Shown here: positions 19,425-30,500 of the stretch, one piece after another
Layout: every line of letters starts with the position of its first letter
How positions within the stretch are numbered: the stretch's first letter is position 1
Assembly: GCA_000004985.1 (NCBI GenBank)
Contig: GG738894.1
DNA: 64,000 nucleotides
Reading direction: 5' to 3' (one strand)
Source of the DNA: Naegleria gruberi
Lineage: Eukaryota
Made by a program: the position numbers and the translations under genes
The notes under the pieces: model-generated
The model's database searches: none
Told to the model about the DNA's origin: nothing
What the model saw: the letters and a program-made list of their open reading frames with translations, nothing else

Positions 19425-19526
19425 ATAATGTAAGTAAAATATTTTGATTTGTCAAAAGGATGGTCAAGGTTGATTTACTTTTAATTTATTATACAATATG
19501 TACAATTTCTAATATATGAATGATAT

Positions 19527-21772
19527 TTAAACCATACTTTGTTTGGCAGCAAGTGATCTATAAATGCCATTTGGATTTCTAATCAATTCTTCATGAGAAC
19601 CACGTTCTCTAATGACACCATGATCCATGACACAAATTTCATCTGAATTCTTAATGGTTGCCAATCTGTGAGCTACACAAATGGTTGTTCTTCCCTTCAT
19701 TAAACGATCGAGGGCTTCTTGAACTAGGCCTTCAGATTCAGCATCGAGAGCAGAAGTAGCTTCGTCCAAAAGGAGAATTTGTGGATTTTGTAAAATAGCT
19801 CTGGCAATAGCAATTCTTTGCTTTTGACCACCAGATAAGGAAACACCCTTTTCTCCCAATCTTGTATTGTATCCATTAGGAAGTTCCATAATAAAGTTGT
19901 GTGCATTGGCAGCTTTGGCAGCTTCTTCAATTTGACTTTGCTTGGCATCTTTCTTACTTCCAGTCAATCCACCAATTGAGTAGGCAATATTTTCCTTAAT
20001 AGTTCCTTGGAATAGAGTTGGTTCCTGAGTGACGATACCAATAACTTGATGGAGCCATTCAGTGTCCAATTCTTTAATATCCACACCATCCAAGAGAACT
20101 CTACCTTTTTGAGGAGCATAGAATCTTTCCATAAGACCAATAATTGTTGATTTACCAGATCCTGAACCACCAACCAAAGCAACGGAGCTACCTGCCTTAA
20201 TCTTCAAATTAAAGTCTTTCAAAATGGTCAAGTGTGGACGAGATGGATAAGCAAATTCAATTCCTTCAACTGTAATTTCACCTCTGAGATCGTCAACCTT
20301 TTTACCATTGAGTGGTTCAGTAATTTCTGGTTCTCTCAAAATGACCTTCAAGAGAGCTTGTTGACTGGCGTTTGCCTTGGCAAAGTATGGAAGATTGTCA
20401 GCAGCTTGATTCAAACCTAAAATACTAAGCAACTGTTTTTACAATAATTGTAAATGAAACAAATTGTTAATTAACTTACCATAATACCAAAGACTTTGAC
20501 CATTTCACCAAGAGTTGCATCACCATCAATGACAATAGAACCTCTACAATATGTGAAAATATATTGCGCCATTCGAATAATTAATTACTGAACTAGTGAA
20601 ACGCAAACTAACTTACCCATACCAAAAAGTCAAAGCAAAGAAACCATTGATAACCATATAAGAATTACCCATAGCAATACCTTGAGAAACTCCCTTTCCA
20701 ATAATTGAGAATGGAGCTCCAGCAAGTGCCTTACCAAAACGTGCCTTCTCACGTCTATCTCCGGCCATTGAACGAATTGTCTTGATTGAGCTAGAAACTT
20801 CACCAGCAACACCAGCAGCTCTCATCACTGCATTATTAATTCTATTTGTGAAAACTTCAATACACTTGGTACAAATGACAATGACAATCACAACGAGTGG
20901 ACTGCAACTAATCAAAATCAATGTCATTTTCCAATTGGTTGTCAGAGCCATGATAACTCCTGCAATGGCAGTTGCAACGTGAGTGCAAACTAAACTGAGT
21001 TTCATAGTGTAGGCATCTTGAATCTTGGCTACATCTTCAAAGATTGGAGCAGTTAATGCACCAGATGACTTGATGTCGAAAAATCCCATTTCTTGTGAGA
21101 TTAGTGCATTGAAATAGGTTCTTCTTAAACGAATGGCTAAACGGTCACCTGCAATATTCATGAACATTTGTGAGAGAAAGCTGGATAAACCACCACCGAC
21201 ACCAATACAGGCAAAACCAATTGTGTAATTGACAATATTGTCTCTCCTAATTGAATTCGAATAGAAAAAAAACAGTTTCGTATACGAAAAGAAACTAAAA
21301 CTTACAATTCCTGAGCAGAAATATCCAACTTGGCATAATCAATAGCATCATCAACAAAGGTACCAAAAATCAAATAAAACACCAAAGGCATGACACCATA
21401 AACAGCTGAAGAAAGCATTCCACACAAAATTAAAATCCATTCCCAACTGAAAGTTTTCAAAATCTTAAAGTTGTGTTTTCCCTTCAATTGTGGTTCTCTT
21501 GCATCCTTGTAAGTTTGTTTCTCTTGTTCTGAAAGGGATTTTCTACGATTTTTTAACATGTCAGCAATTGACTGATCGTAATCTCTATTTAAAGAAGATG
21601 CATATGGAAGAGCAGTTGGTGGAGGGAGAACCTTGTTAGGAAGATGTTCAGTTGATTGTGGTTGTTGAGCTGCATCAAATTCCTTTTGTTTGAGCATTCT
21701 GGCGAAGAGTTCTTGATCTTCGTTGGTTGTGGCAATTGGCACAAATTGCTTGGTTGGGTTTTGCGGATTCAT
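19527..21772 (-). CDS. ABC transporter, B-subfamily half-transporter (TMD-NBD). Four exons approx. 21772-21306, 21246-20617, 20543-20480, 20432-19527
   Basis: The NBD has Walker A GGSGSGKST, signature LSGGQKQRIAIARA, Walker B ILLLDEATSALD and an H-loop CVAHRL. The TMD exons (…RDNIVNYTIGFACIGVGGGLSSFLSQMFMNIAGDRLAIRLRRTYFNALISQEMGFFD…) join in frame through three introns of 59, 73 and 47 nt with GTAAGT donors. Boundaries are ±1 nt. Confidence 0.85.
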
Positions 21773-22812
21773 CTTTCCGTTATTTGTTAAATGTTATGTT
21801 GCTATTATCTATTGCTATTTGAGAAGTGCAGTGTTGAATTGTTACTATTGGTGTGGAGGATGAATATTGTGGAACGACAAGTTAGGGATTTTGTTTTAGT
21901 TTGAATTAGTTTGACTTTCGTCTCTGTGAGTGTGATAGAGAACATTCATCCATGTATCTTCTAGTAGGTGGGTTGGAATGTTTCCTCATGTGAAACCACA
22001 AAACATGAACCAACTGGAAACTTTTTCTTGGTGATGTTTGATGGCGATTACTTTCAAGAACGCCAAATTGCTTCCATCTGGATATTAAAATCGTTGCTGT
22101 CAGATCTTGTACTGATCCTGTCCATGTCAACTACCTGTAATGCATGCCAGTAATAGAATGTTAAATGATTTATCATGATAAACCCTAAAAAATTGATTGT
22201 ATTGAAATTTTGAAAAGAATGTGTGGAAGAAAGTTTGCTAATGGAAAGCAATTACAATAATTGTGATTTTTCAATGGTAATGTTGGAATGGATGGTGAAC
22301 GTGGAAAAGAATTTGGGATGTAAATCATGGATAGAGTGTGTGAGGATGGATGCTTGGTTGTATATCCATAGTCTGTCTCAAGATTCTAACACAGTCCCAA
22401 CTGTCCAGATTAGCATAATAGGGATCTTCGGATGTGACATTGATAAGGTTGACATCTTCTCATGTGTGATAATCGAGGAAATTTCCTCTAAAGCACTTGT
22501 ACACTTTTGACCTTAATATATTATCAAATAATCAAAATGATGATGAAGATTCATTTGATACTGATGAAATTACTTACATGATCCGAAGGAATTAGAACCA
22601 ACTCCCCAATCTTTTCAAGTAACTATTTGATATCATGTTCTTCCTGATCAATACGGTCGGACGACACTTTTCCAATTCGCTTTCAATCATTTACTCAAAG
22701 GTCTTTGAAGAGATAACAAGAGCTTGACCATAGTGAGGCAGACATTGTTCGATTTTTTTTTGAGAACTTTTGATCATTTCACAAATAGAGAAAGAGATTG
22801 AGGAAATTGAAT

Positions 22813-24508
22813 TTATTGTTGGAATGAACATTTCTTAACTATTAATTGTTTTTGGAGACATTGATGGATTGTGATTGTGGAAAATGAGGATTTTCCACTC
22901 AATTGATATCTTTTCCTATCTAATTCAATTAAGGATTTAAGAGTTTCTCTGTTTTTTGGTTTTTTAACAATTGCAGACTTATNNNNNNNNNNNNNNNNNN
23001 NNNNNNNNNNNNNNNNNNNNNNNNNNNNNNNNCCATATATAGATCAAATAAATAAACCACACAAACGATTAGTGACATGGCCATGACAAAGGAAAATACT
23101 GAACCTGCCATAATATCTGTATATTCAATACTTGAAATATTCTGAGATAGACGCAATCCAAGGAAAATTGCATAAAAGGCAATGAAAATAATTGAAAATA
23201 CCAAGTTGAGTATTACAATAAATGCCTTACTTGTGAGAACAAACTTGATCCATTTAAATCTCTTTTCAAGAGTCATATCAACCTTATTTTCATCCAATTT
23301 TGCCATAATTTCGTACACATATCTGAAGGCAACAAATCTCACATTTAGAATCGTATAATTTAAAATTGCTAAACAATAGAACAAGCAAGAAATGAAAGAT
23401 GAAACATATTTGACAACAGTAGAAGCTTCAGAATTACTTTCTAATAAAATTGCATTGGAAATAATGAATAAAAATACCAATTCTATCAAAATAGATATCA
23501 ATGATAAATATGGAATGATTCCTCTACTTTTGGTTGGAGTTTTTCTATGAGTGGAAATGACACCAATTAGGGTACAGATAGTAAATAGGATTAATAAGGA
23601 TCCAATAACAATCGATGCAATGGCAATGTTCTTATCTGTTACCGTGTTGAGTTTGGACTCTACAAACGCAGAGAAAGTTGTTGTGTGATTACAGAGACAG
23701 TTGACTGTCGAAGATGCAGCATCAATTTGTGTGGTACATCCATTAGAGAGCCATTCATTTTTTGTTTCATTGAAATATCTACAAGTAATTTTCAAGGTTG
23801 ATGATGAAATTGTTGAATTATCCACTGTAAATGTCATTTTGATTGGATTAATGAGTTCACTAACTTGTAAAAAGTTTCCATTTGAAATATACTTCAAATC
23901 TATTGGATTTACAATATTGACCAATGTAGAGTTTGATAGATAGGTTGAAGTATTTGTGAAATTATTGGTCAACTTGGTGCTACTTGAGGAATCAAAAATT
24001 TTAGCCAACTTTTCAACATTCAAATAATTGACACTGGAAATTGAAACTCCTTCCAATAGTAACAACTCACTTGGAGTTTCAATTGATGTATTTCCATTAC
24101 TGACCAATAAAATGTTGGCATTTCTGACAACTGACACAACAAATGAGCTAGTACTTGCAGAAAACACATTATCTTTAACAGAACTTGCTTTGGATGAAAC
24201 AATTAACATGTTATCAATAACTTCTGTTGAATTAGCAATGTAATTATTTGAACTGAGAATATTAGAAAAGGTGTTCAAAACTTGACTGACAGTTGTGTCA
24301 ATTGTGGAAGAAGCTTGCAATGAGGAAGATGATAATTTTGTTAAATCTGTTGATATTTCATTCACCATTGAGGAAACAGTTGAAATAATAGATGAAGTGA
24401 CAGCTGACATGGATGAAATAACATTCAATGCCTTAGTTACCTTTGAGGTTTCGTCAAGATTTGTAGTATTTCTTTCACTTGTTGCCAAAGCATTGGTAAC
24501 TAAAGTAA
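22813..24508 (-). CDS. GPS-domain-containing multi-TM receptor (adhesion-GPCR/latrophilin-like, lrlA-like), truncated 5' by the N run and interrupted by the 50-N gap
   Basis: The open frame runs from the gap at 24508. A Ser/Thr-rich extracellular region is followed by a GPS motif …EWLSNGCTT…VNCLCNHTTTFSAFV (approx. 23660-23815) and then at least 5 hydrophobic TM helices before the 22983-23032 gap. After the gap, the ORF-track frame stops at 22929, while another frame continues as a Lys-rich tail to a TAA at 22813-22815. The frame across the gap is unknown. Confidence 0.7.
22983..23032. other. Assembly gap (50 N)
   Basis: An N run in the sequence. Confidence 1.
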
Positions 24509-27500
24509 NNNNNNNNNNNNNNNNNNNNNNNNNNNNNNNNNNNNNNNNNNNNNNNNNNNNNNNNNNNNNNNNNNNNNNNNNNNNNNNNNNNNNNNNNNNN
24601 NNNNNNNNNNNNNNNNNNNNNNNNNNNNNNNNNNNNNNNNNNNNNNNNNNNNNNNNNNNNNNNNNNNNNNNNNNNNNNNNNNNNNNNNNNNNNNNNNNNN
24701 NNNNNNNNNNNNNNNNNNNNNNNNNNNNNNNNNNNNNNNNNNNNNNNNNNNNNNNNNNNNNNNNNNNNNNNNNNNNNNNNNNNNNNNNNNNNNNNNNNNN
24801 NNNNNNNNNNNNNNNNNNNNNNNNNNNNNNNNNNNNNNNNNNNNNNNNNNNNNNNNNNNNNNNNNNNNNNNNNNNNNNNNNNNNNNNNNNNNNNNNNNNN
24901 NNNNNNNNNNNNNNNNNNNNNNNNNNNNNNNNNNNNNNNNNNNNNNNNNNNNNNNNNNNNNNNNNNNNNNNNNNNNNNNNNNNNNNNNNNNNNNNNNNNN
25001 NNNNNNNNNNNNNNNNNNNNNNNNNNNNNNNNNNNNNNNNNNNNNNNNNNNNNNNNNNNNNNNNNNNNNNNNNNNNNNNNNNNNNNNNNNNNNNNNNNNN
25101 NNNNNNNNNNNNNNNNNNNNNNNNNNNNNNNNNNNNNNNNNNNNNNNNNNNNNNNNNNNNNNNNNNNNNNNNNNNNNNNNNNNNNNNNNNNNNNNNNNNN
25201 NNNNNNNNNNNNNNNNNNNNNNNNNNNNNNNNNNNNNNNNNNNNNNNNNNNNNNNNNNNNNNNNNNNNNNNNNNNNNNNNNNNNNNNNNNNNNNNNNNNN
25301 NNNNNNNNNNNNNNNNNNNNNNNNNNNNNNNNNNNNNNNNNNNNNNNNNNNNNNNNNNNNNNNNNNNNNNNNNNNNNNNNNNNNNNNNNNNNNNNNNNNN
25401 NNNNNNNNNNNNNNNNNNNNNNNNNNNNNNNNNNNNNNNNNNNNNNNNNNNNNNNNNNNNNNNNNNNNNNNNNNNNNNNNNNNNNNNNNNNNNNNNNNNN
25501 NNNNNNNNNNNNNNNNNNNNNNNNNNNNNNNNNNNNNNNNNNNNNNNNNNNNNNNNNNNNNNNNNNNNNNNNNNNNNNNNNNNNNNNNNNNNNNNNNNNN
25601 NNNNNNNNNNNNNNNNNNNNNNNNNNNNNNNNNNNNNNNNNNNNNNNNNNNNNNNNNNNNNNNNNNNNNNNNNNNNNNNNNNNNNNNNNNNNNNNNNNNN
25701 NNNNNNNNNNNNNNNNNNNNNNNNNNNNNNNNNNNNNNNNNNNNNNNNNNNNNNNNNNNNNNNNNNNNNNNNNNNNNNNNNNNNNNNNNNNNNNNNNNNN
25801 NNNNNNNNNNNNNNNNNNNNNNNNNNNNNNNNNNNNNNNNNNNNNNNNNNNNNNNNNNNNNNNNNNNNNNNNNNNNNNNNNNNNNNNNNNNNNNNNNNNN
25901 NNNNNNNNNNNNNNNNNNNNNNNNNNNNNNNNNNNNNNNNNNNNNNNNNNNNNNNNNNNNNNNNNNNNNNNNNNNNNNNNNNNNNNNNNNNNNNNNNNNN
26001 NNNNNNNNNNNNNNNNNNNNNNNNNNNNNNNNNNNNNNNNNNNNNNNNNNNNNNNNNNNNNNNNNNNNNNNNNNNNNNNNNNNNNNNNNNNNNNNNNNNN
26101 NNNNNNNNNNNNNNNNNNNNNNNNNNNNNNNNNNNNNNNNNNNNNNNNNNNNNNNNNNNNNNNNNNNNNNNNNNNNNNNNNNNNNNNNNNNNNNNNNNNN
26201 NNNNNNNNNNNNNNNNNNNNNNNNNNNNNNNNNNNNNNNNNNNNNNNNNNNNNNNNNNNNNNNNNNNNNNNNNNNNNNNNNNNNNNNNNNNNNNNNNNNN
26301 NNNNNNNNNNNNNNNNNNNNNNNNNNNNNNNNNNNNNNNNNNNNNNNNNNNNNNNNNNNNNNNNNNNNNNNNNNNNNNNNNNNNNNNNNNNNNNNNNNNN
26401 NNNNNNNNNNNNNNNNNNNNNNNNNNNNNNNNNNNNNNNNNNNNNNNNNNNNNNNNNNNNNNNNNNNNNNNNNNNNNNNNNNNNNNNNNNNNNNNNNNNN
26501 NNNNNNNNNNNNNNNNNNNNNNNNNNNNNNNNNNNNNNNNNNNNNNNNNNNNNNNNNNNNNNNNNNNNNNNNNNNNNNNNNNNNNNNNNNNNNNNNNNNN
26601 NNNNNNNNNNNNNNNNNNNNNNNNNNNNNNNNNNNNNNNNNNNNNNNNNNNNNNNNNNNNNNNNNNNNNNNNNNNNNNNNNNNNNNNNNNNNNNNNNNNN
26701 NNNNNNNNNNNNNNNNNNNNNNNNNNNNNNNNNNNNNNNNNNNNNNNNNNNNNNNNNNNNNNNNNNNNNNNNNNNNNNNNNNNNNNNNNNNNNNNNNNNN
26801 NNNNNNNNNNNNNNNNNNNNNNNNNNNNNNNNNNNNNNNNNNNNNNNNNNNNNNNNNNNNNNNNNNNNNNNNNNNNNNNNNNNNNNNNNNNNNNNNNNNN
26901 NNNNNNNNNNNNNNNNNNNNNNNNNNNNNNNNNNNNNNNNNNNNNNNNNNNNNNNNNNNNNNNNNNNNNNNNNNNNNNNNNNNNNNNNNNNNNNNNNNNN
27001 NNNNNNNNNNNNNNNNNNNNNNNNNNNNNNNNNNNNNNNNNNNNNNNNNNNNNNNNNNNNNNNNNNNNNNNNNNNNNNNNNNNNNNNNNNNNNNNNNNNN
27101 NNNNNNNNNNNNNNNNNNNNNNNNNNNNNNNNNNNNNNNNNNNNNNNNNNNNNNNNNNNNNNNNNNNNNNNNNNNNNNNNNNNNNNNNNNNNNNNNNNNN
27201 NNNNNNNNNNNNNNNNNNNNNNNNNNNNNNNNNNNNNNNNNNNNNNNNNNNNNNNNNNNNNNNNNNNNNNNNNNNNNNNNNNNNNNNNNNNNNNNNNNNN
27301 NNNNNNNNNNNNNNNNNNNNNNNNNNNNNNNNNNNNNNNNNNNNNNNNNNNNNNNNNNNNNNNNNNNNNNNNNNNNNNNNNNNNNNNNNNNNNNNNNNNN
27401 NNNNNNNNNNNNNNNNNNNNNNNNNNNNNNNNNNNNNNNNNNNNNNNNNNNNNNNNNNNNNNNNNNNNNNNNNNNNNNNNNNNNNNNNNNNNNNNNNNNN

Positions 27501-30500
27501 NNNNNNNNNNNNNNNNNNNNNNNNNNNNNNNNNNNNNNNNNNNNNNNNNNNNNNNNNNNNNNNNNNNNNNNNNNNNNNNNNNNNNNNNNNNNNNNNNNNN
27601 NNNNNNNNNNNNNNNNNNNNNNNNNNNNNNNNNNNNNNNNNNNNNNNNNNNNNNNNNNNNNNNNNNNNNNNNNNNNNNNNNNNNNNNNNNNNNNNNNNNN
27701 NNNNNNNNNNNNNNNNNNNNNNNNNNNNNNNNNNNNNNNNNNNNNNNNNNNNNNNNNNNNNNNNNNNNNNNNNNNNNNNNNNNNNNNNNNNNNNNNNNNN
27801 NNNNNNNNNNNNNNNNNNNNNNNNNNNNNNNNNNNNNNNNNNNNNNNNNNNNNNNNNNNNNNNNNNNNNNNNNNNNNNNNNNNNNNNNNNNNNNNNNNNN
27901 NNNNNNNNNNNNNNNNNNNNNNNNNNNNNNNNNNNNNNNNNNNNNNNNNNNNNNNNNNNNNNNNNNNNNNNNNNNNNNNNNNNNNNNNNNNNNNNNNNNN
28001 NNNNNNNNNNNNNNNNNNNNNNNNNNNNNNNNNNNNNNNNNNNNNNNNNNNNNNNNNNNNNNNNNNNNNNNNNNNNNNNNNNNNNNNNNNNNNNNNNNNN
28101 NNNNNNNNNNNNNNNNNNNNNNNNNNNNNNNNNNNNNNNNNNNNNNNNNNNNNNNNNNNNNNNNNNNNNNNNNNNNNNNNNNNNNNNNNNNNNNNNNNNN
28201 NNNNNNNNNNNNNNNNNNNNNNNNNNNNNNNNNNNNNNNNNNNNNNNNNNNNNNNNNNNNNNNNNNNNNNNNNNNNNNNNNNNNNNNNNNNNNNNNNNNN
28301 NNNNNNNNNNNNNNNNNNNNNNNNNNNNNNNNNNNNNNNNNNNNNNNNNNNNNNNNNNNNNNNNNNNNNNNNNNNNNNNNNNNNNNNNNNNNNNNNNNNN
28401 NNNNNNNNNNNNNNNNNNNNNNNNNNNNNNNNNNNNNNNNNNNNNNNNNNNNNNNNNNNNNNNNNNNNNNNNNNNNNNNNNNNNNNNNNNNNNNNNNNNN
28501 NNNNNNNNNNNNNNNNNNNNNNNNNNNNNNNNNNNNNNNNNNNNNNNNNNNNNNNNNNNNNNNNNNNNNNNNNNNNNNNNNNNNNNNNNNNNNNNNNNNN
28601 NNNNNNNNNNNNNNNNNNNNNNNNNNNNNNNNNNNNNNNNNNNNNNNNNNNNNNNNNNNNNNNNNNNNNNNNNNNNNNNNNNNNNNNNNNNNNNNNNNNN
28701 NNNNNNNNNNNNNNNNNNNNNNNNNNNNNNNNNNNNNNNNNNNNNNNNNNNNNNNNNNNNNNNNNNNNNNNNNNNNNNNNNNNNNNNNNNNNNNNNNNNN
28801 NNNNNNNNNNNNNNNNNNNNNNNNNNNNNNNNNNNNNNNNNNNNNNNNNNNNNNNNNNNNNNNNNNNNNNNNNNNNNNNNNNNNNNNNNNNNNNNNNNNN
28901 NNNNNNNNNNNNNNNNNNNNNNNNNNNNNNNNNNNNNNNNNNNNNNNNNNNNNNNNNNNNNNNNNNNNNNNNNNNNNNNNNNNNNNNNNNNNNNNNNNNN
29001 NNNNNNNNNNNNNNNNNNNNNNNNNNNNNNNNNNNNNNNNNNNNNNNNNNNNNNNNNNNNNNNNNNNNNNNNNNNNNNNNNNNNNNNNNNNNNNNNNNNN
29101 NNNNNNNNNNNNNNNNNNNNNNNNNNNNNNNNNNNNNNNNNNNNNNNNNNNNNNNNNNNNNNNNNNNNNNNNNNNNNNNNNNNNNNNNNNNNNNNNNNNN
29201 NNNNNNNNNNNNNNNNNNNNNNNNNNNNNNNNNNNNNNNNNNNNNNNNNNNNNNNNNNNNNNNNNNNNNNNNNNNNNNNNNNNNNNNNNNNNNNNNNNNN
29301 NNNNNNNNNNNNNNNNNNNNNNNNNNNNNNNNNNNNNNNNNNNNNNNNNNNNNNNNNNNNNNNNNNNNNNNNNNNNNNNNNNNNNNNNNNNNNNNNNNNN
29401 NNNNNNNNNNNNNNNNNNNNNNNNNNNNNNNNNNNNNNNNNNNNNNNNNNNNNNNNNNNNNNNNNNNNNNNNNNNNNNNNNNNNNNNNNNNNNNNNNNNN
29501 NNNNNNNNNNNNNNNNNNNNNNNNNNNNNNNNNNNNNNNNNNNNNNNNNNNNNNNNNNNNNNNNNNNNNNNNNNNNNNNNNNNNNNNNNNNNNNNNNNNN
29601 NNNNNNNNNNNNNNNNNNNNNNNNNNNNNNNNNNNNNNNNNNNNNNNNNNNNNNNNNNNNNNNNNNNNNNNNNNNNNNNNNNNNNNNNNNNNNNNNNNNN
29701 NNNNNNNNNNNNNNNNNNNNNNNNNNNNNNNNNNNNNNNNNNNNNNNNNNNNNNNNNNNNNNNNNNNNNNNNNNNNNNNNNNNNNNNNNNNNNNNNNNNN
29801 NNNNNNNNNNNNNNNNNNNNNNNNNNNNNNNNNNNNNNNNNNNNNNNNNNNNNNNNNNNNNNNNNNNNNNNNNNNNNNNNNNNNNNNNNNNNNNNNNNNN
29901 NNNNNNNNNNNNNNNNNNNNNNNNNNNNNNNNNNNNNNNNNNNNNNNNNNNNNNNNNNNNNNNNNNNNNNNNNNNNNNNNNNNNNNNNNNNNNNNNNNNN
30001 NNNNNNNNNNNNNNNNNNNNNNNNNNNNNNNNNNNNNNNNNNNNNNNNNNNNNNNNNNNNNNNNNNNNNNNNNNNNNNNNNNNNNNNNNNNNNNNNNNNN
30101 NNNNNNNNNNNNNNNNNNNNNNNNNNNNNNNNNNNNNNNNNNNNNNNNNNNNNNNNNNNNNNNNNNNNNNNNNNNNNNNNNNNNNNNNNNNNNNNNNNNN
30201 NNNNNNNNNNNNNNNNNNNNNNNNNNNNNNNNNNNNNNNNNNNNNNNNNNNNNNNNNNNNNNNNNNNNNNNNNNNNNNNNNNNNNNNNNNNNNNNNNNNN
30301 NNNNNNNNNNNNNNNNNNNNNNNNNNNNNNNNNNNNNNNNNNNNNNNNNNNNNNNNNNNNNNNNNNNNNNNNNNNNNNNNNNNNNNNNNNNNNNNNNNNN
30401 NNNNNNNNNNNNNNNNNNNNNNNNNNNNNNNNNNNNNNNNNNNNNNNNNNNNNNNNNNNNNNNNNNNNNNNNNNNNNNNNNNNNNNNNNNNNNNNNNNNN

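Noticed and set aside
21906-22510. Four small ORFs between the ABC transporter start and the receptor 3' end
   Set aside because: Short, overlapping in different frames, with no motifs; probably promoter or 3'UTR sequence. One of them could hide a small gene, but nothing supports that.
1-24508. Prokaryotic-style defence or novel operon system (CRISPR, RM, TA)
   Set aside because: The sequence is eukaryotic: it has spliceosomal introns, Pol III genes and eukaryote-specific proteins. No direct-repeat/spacer arrays or operon-like co-oriented short genes are present.
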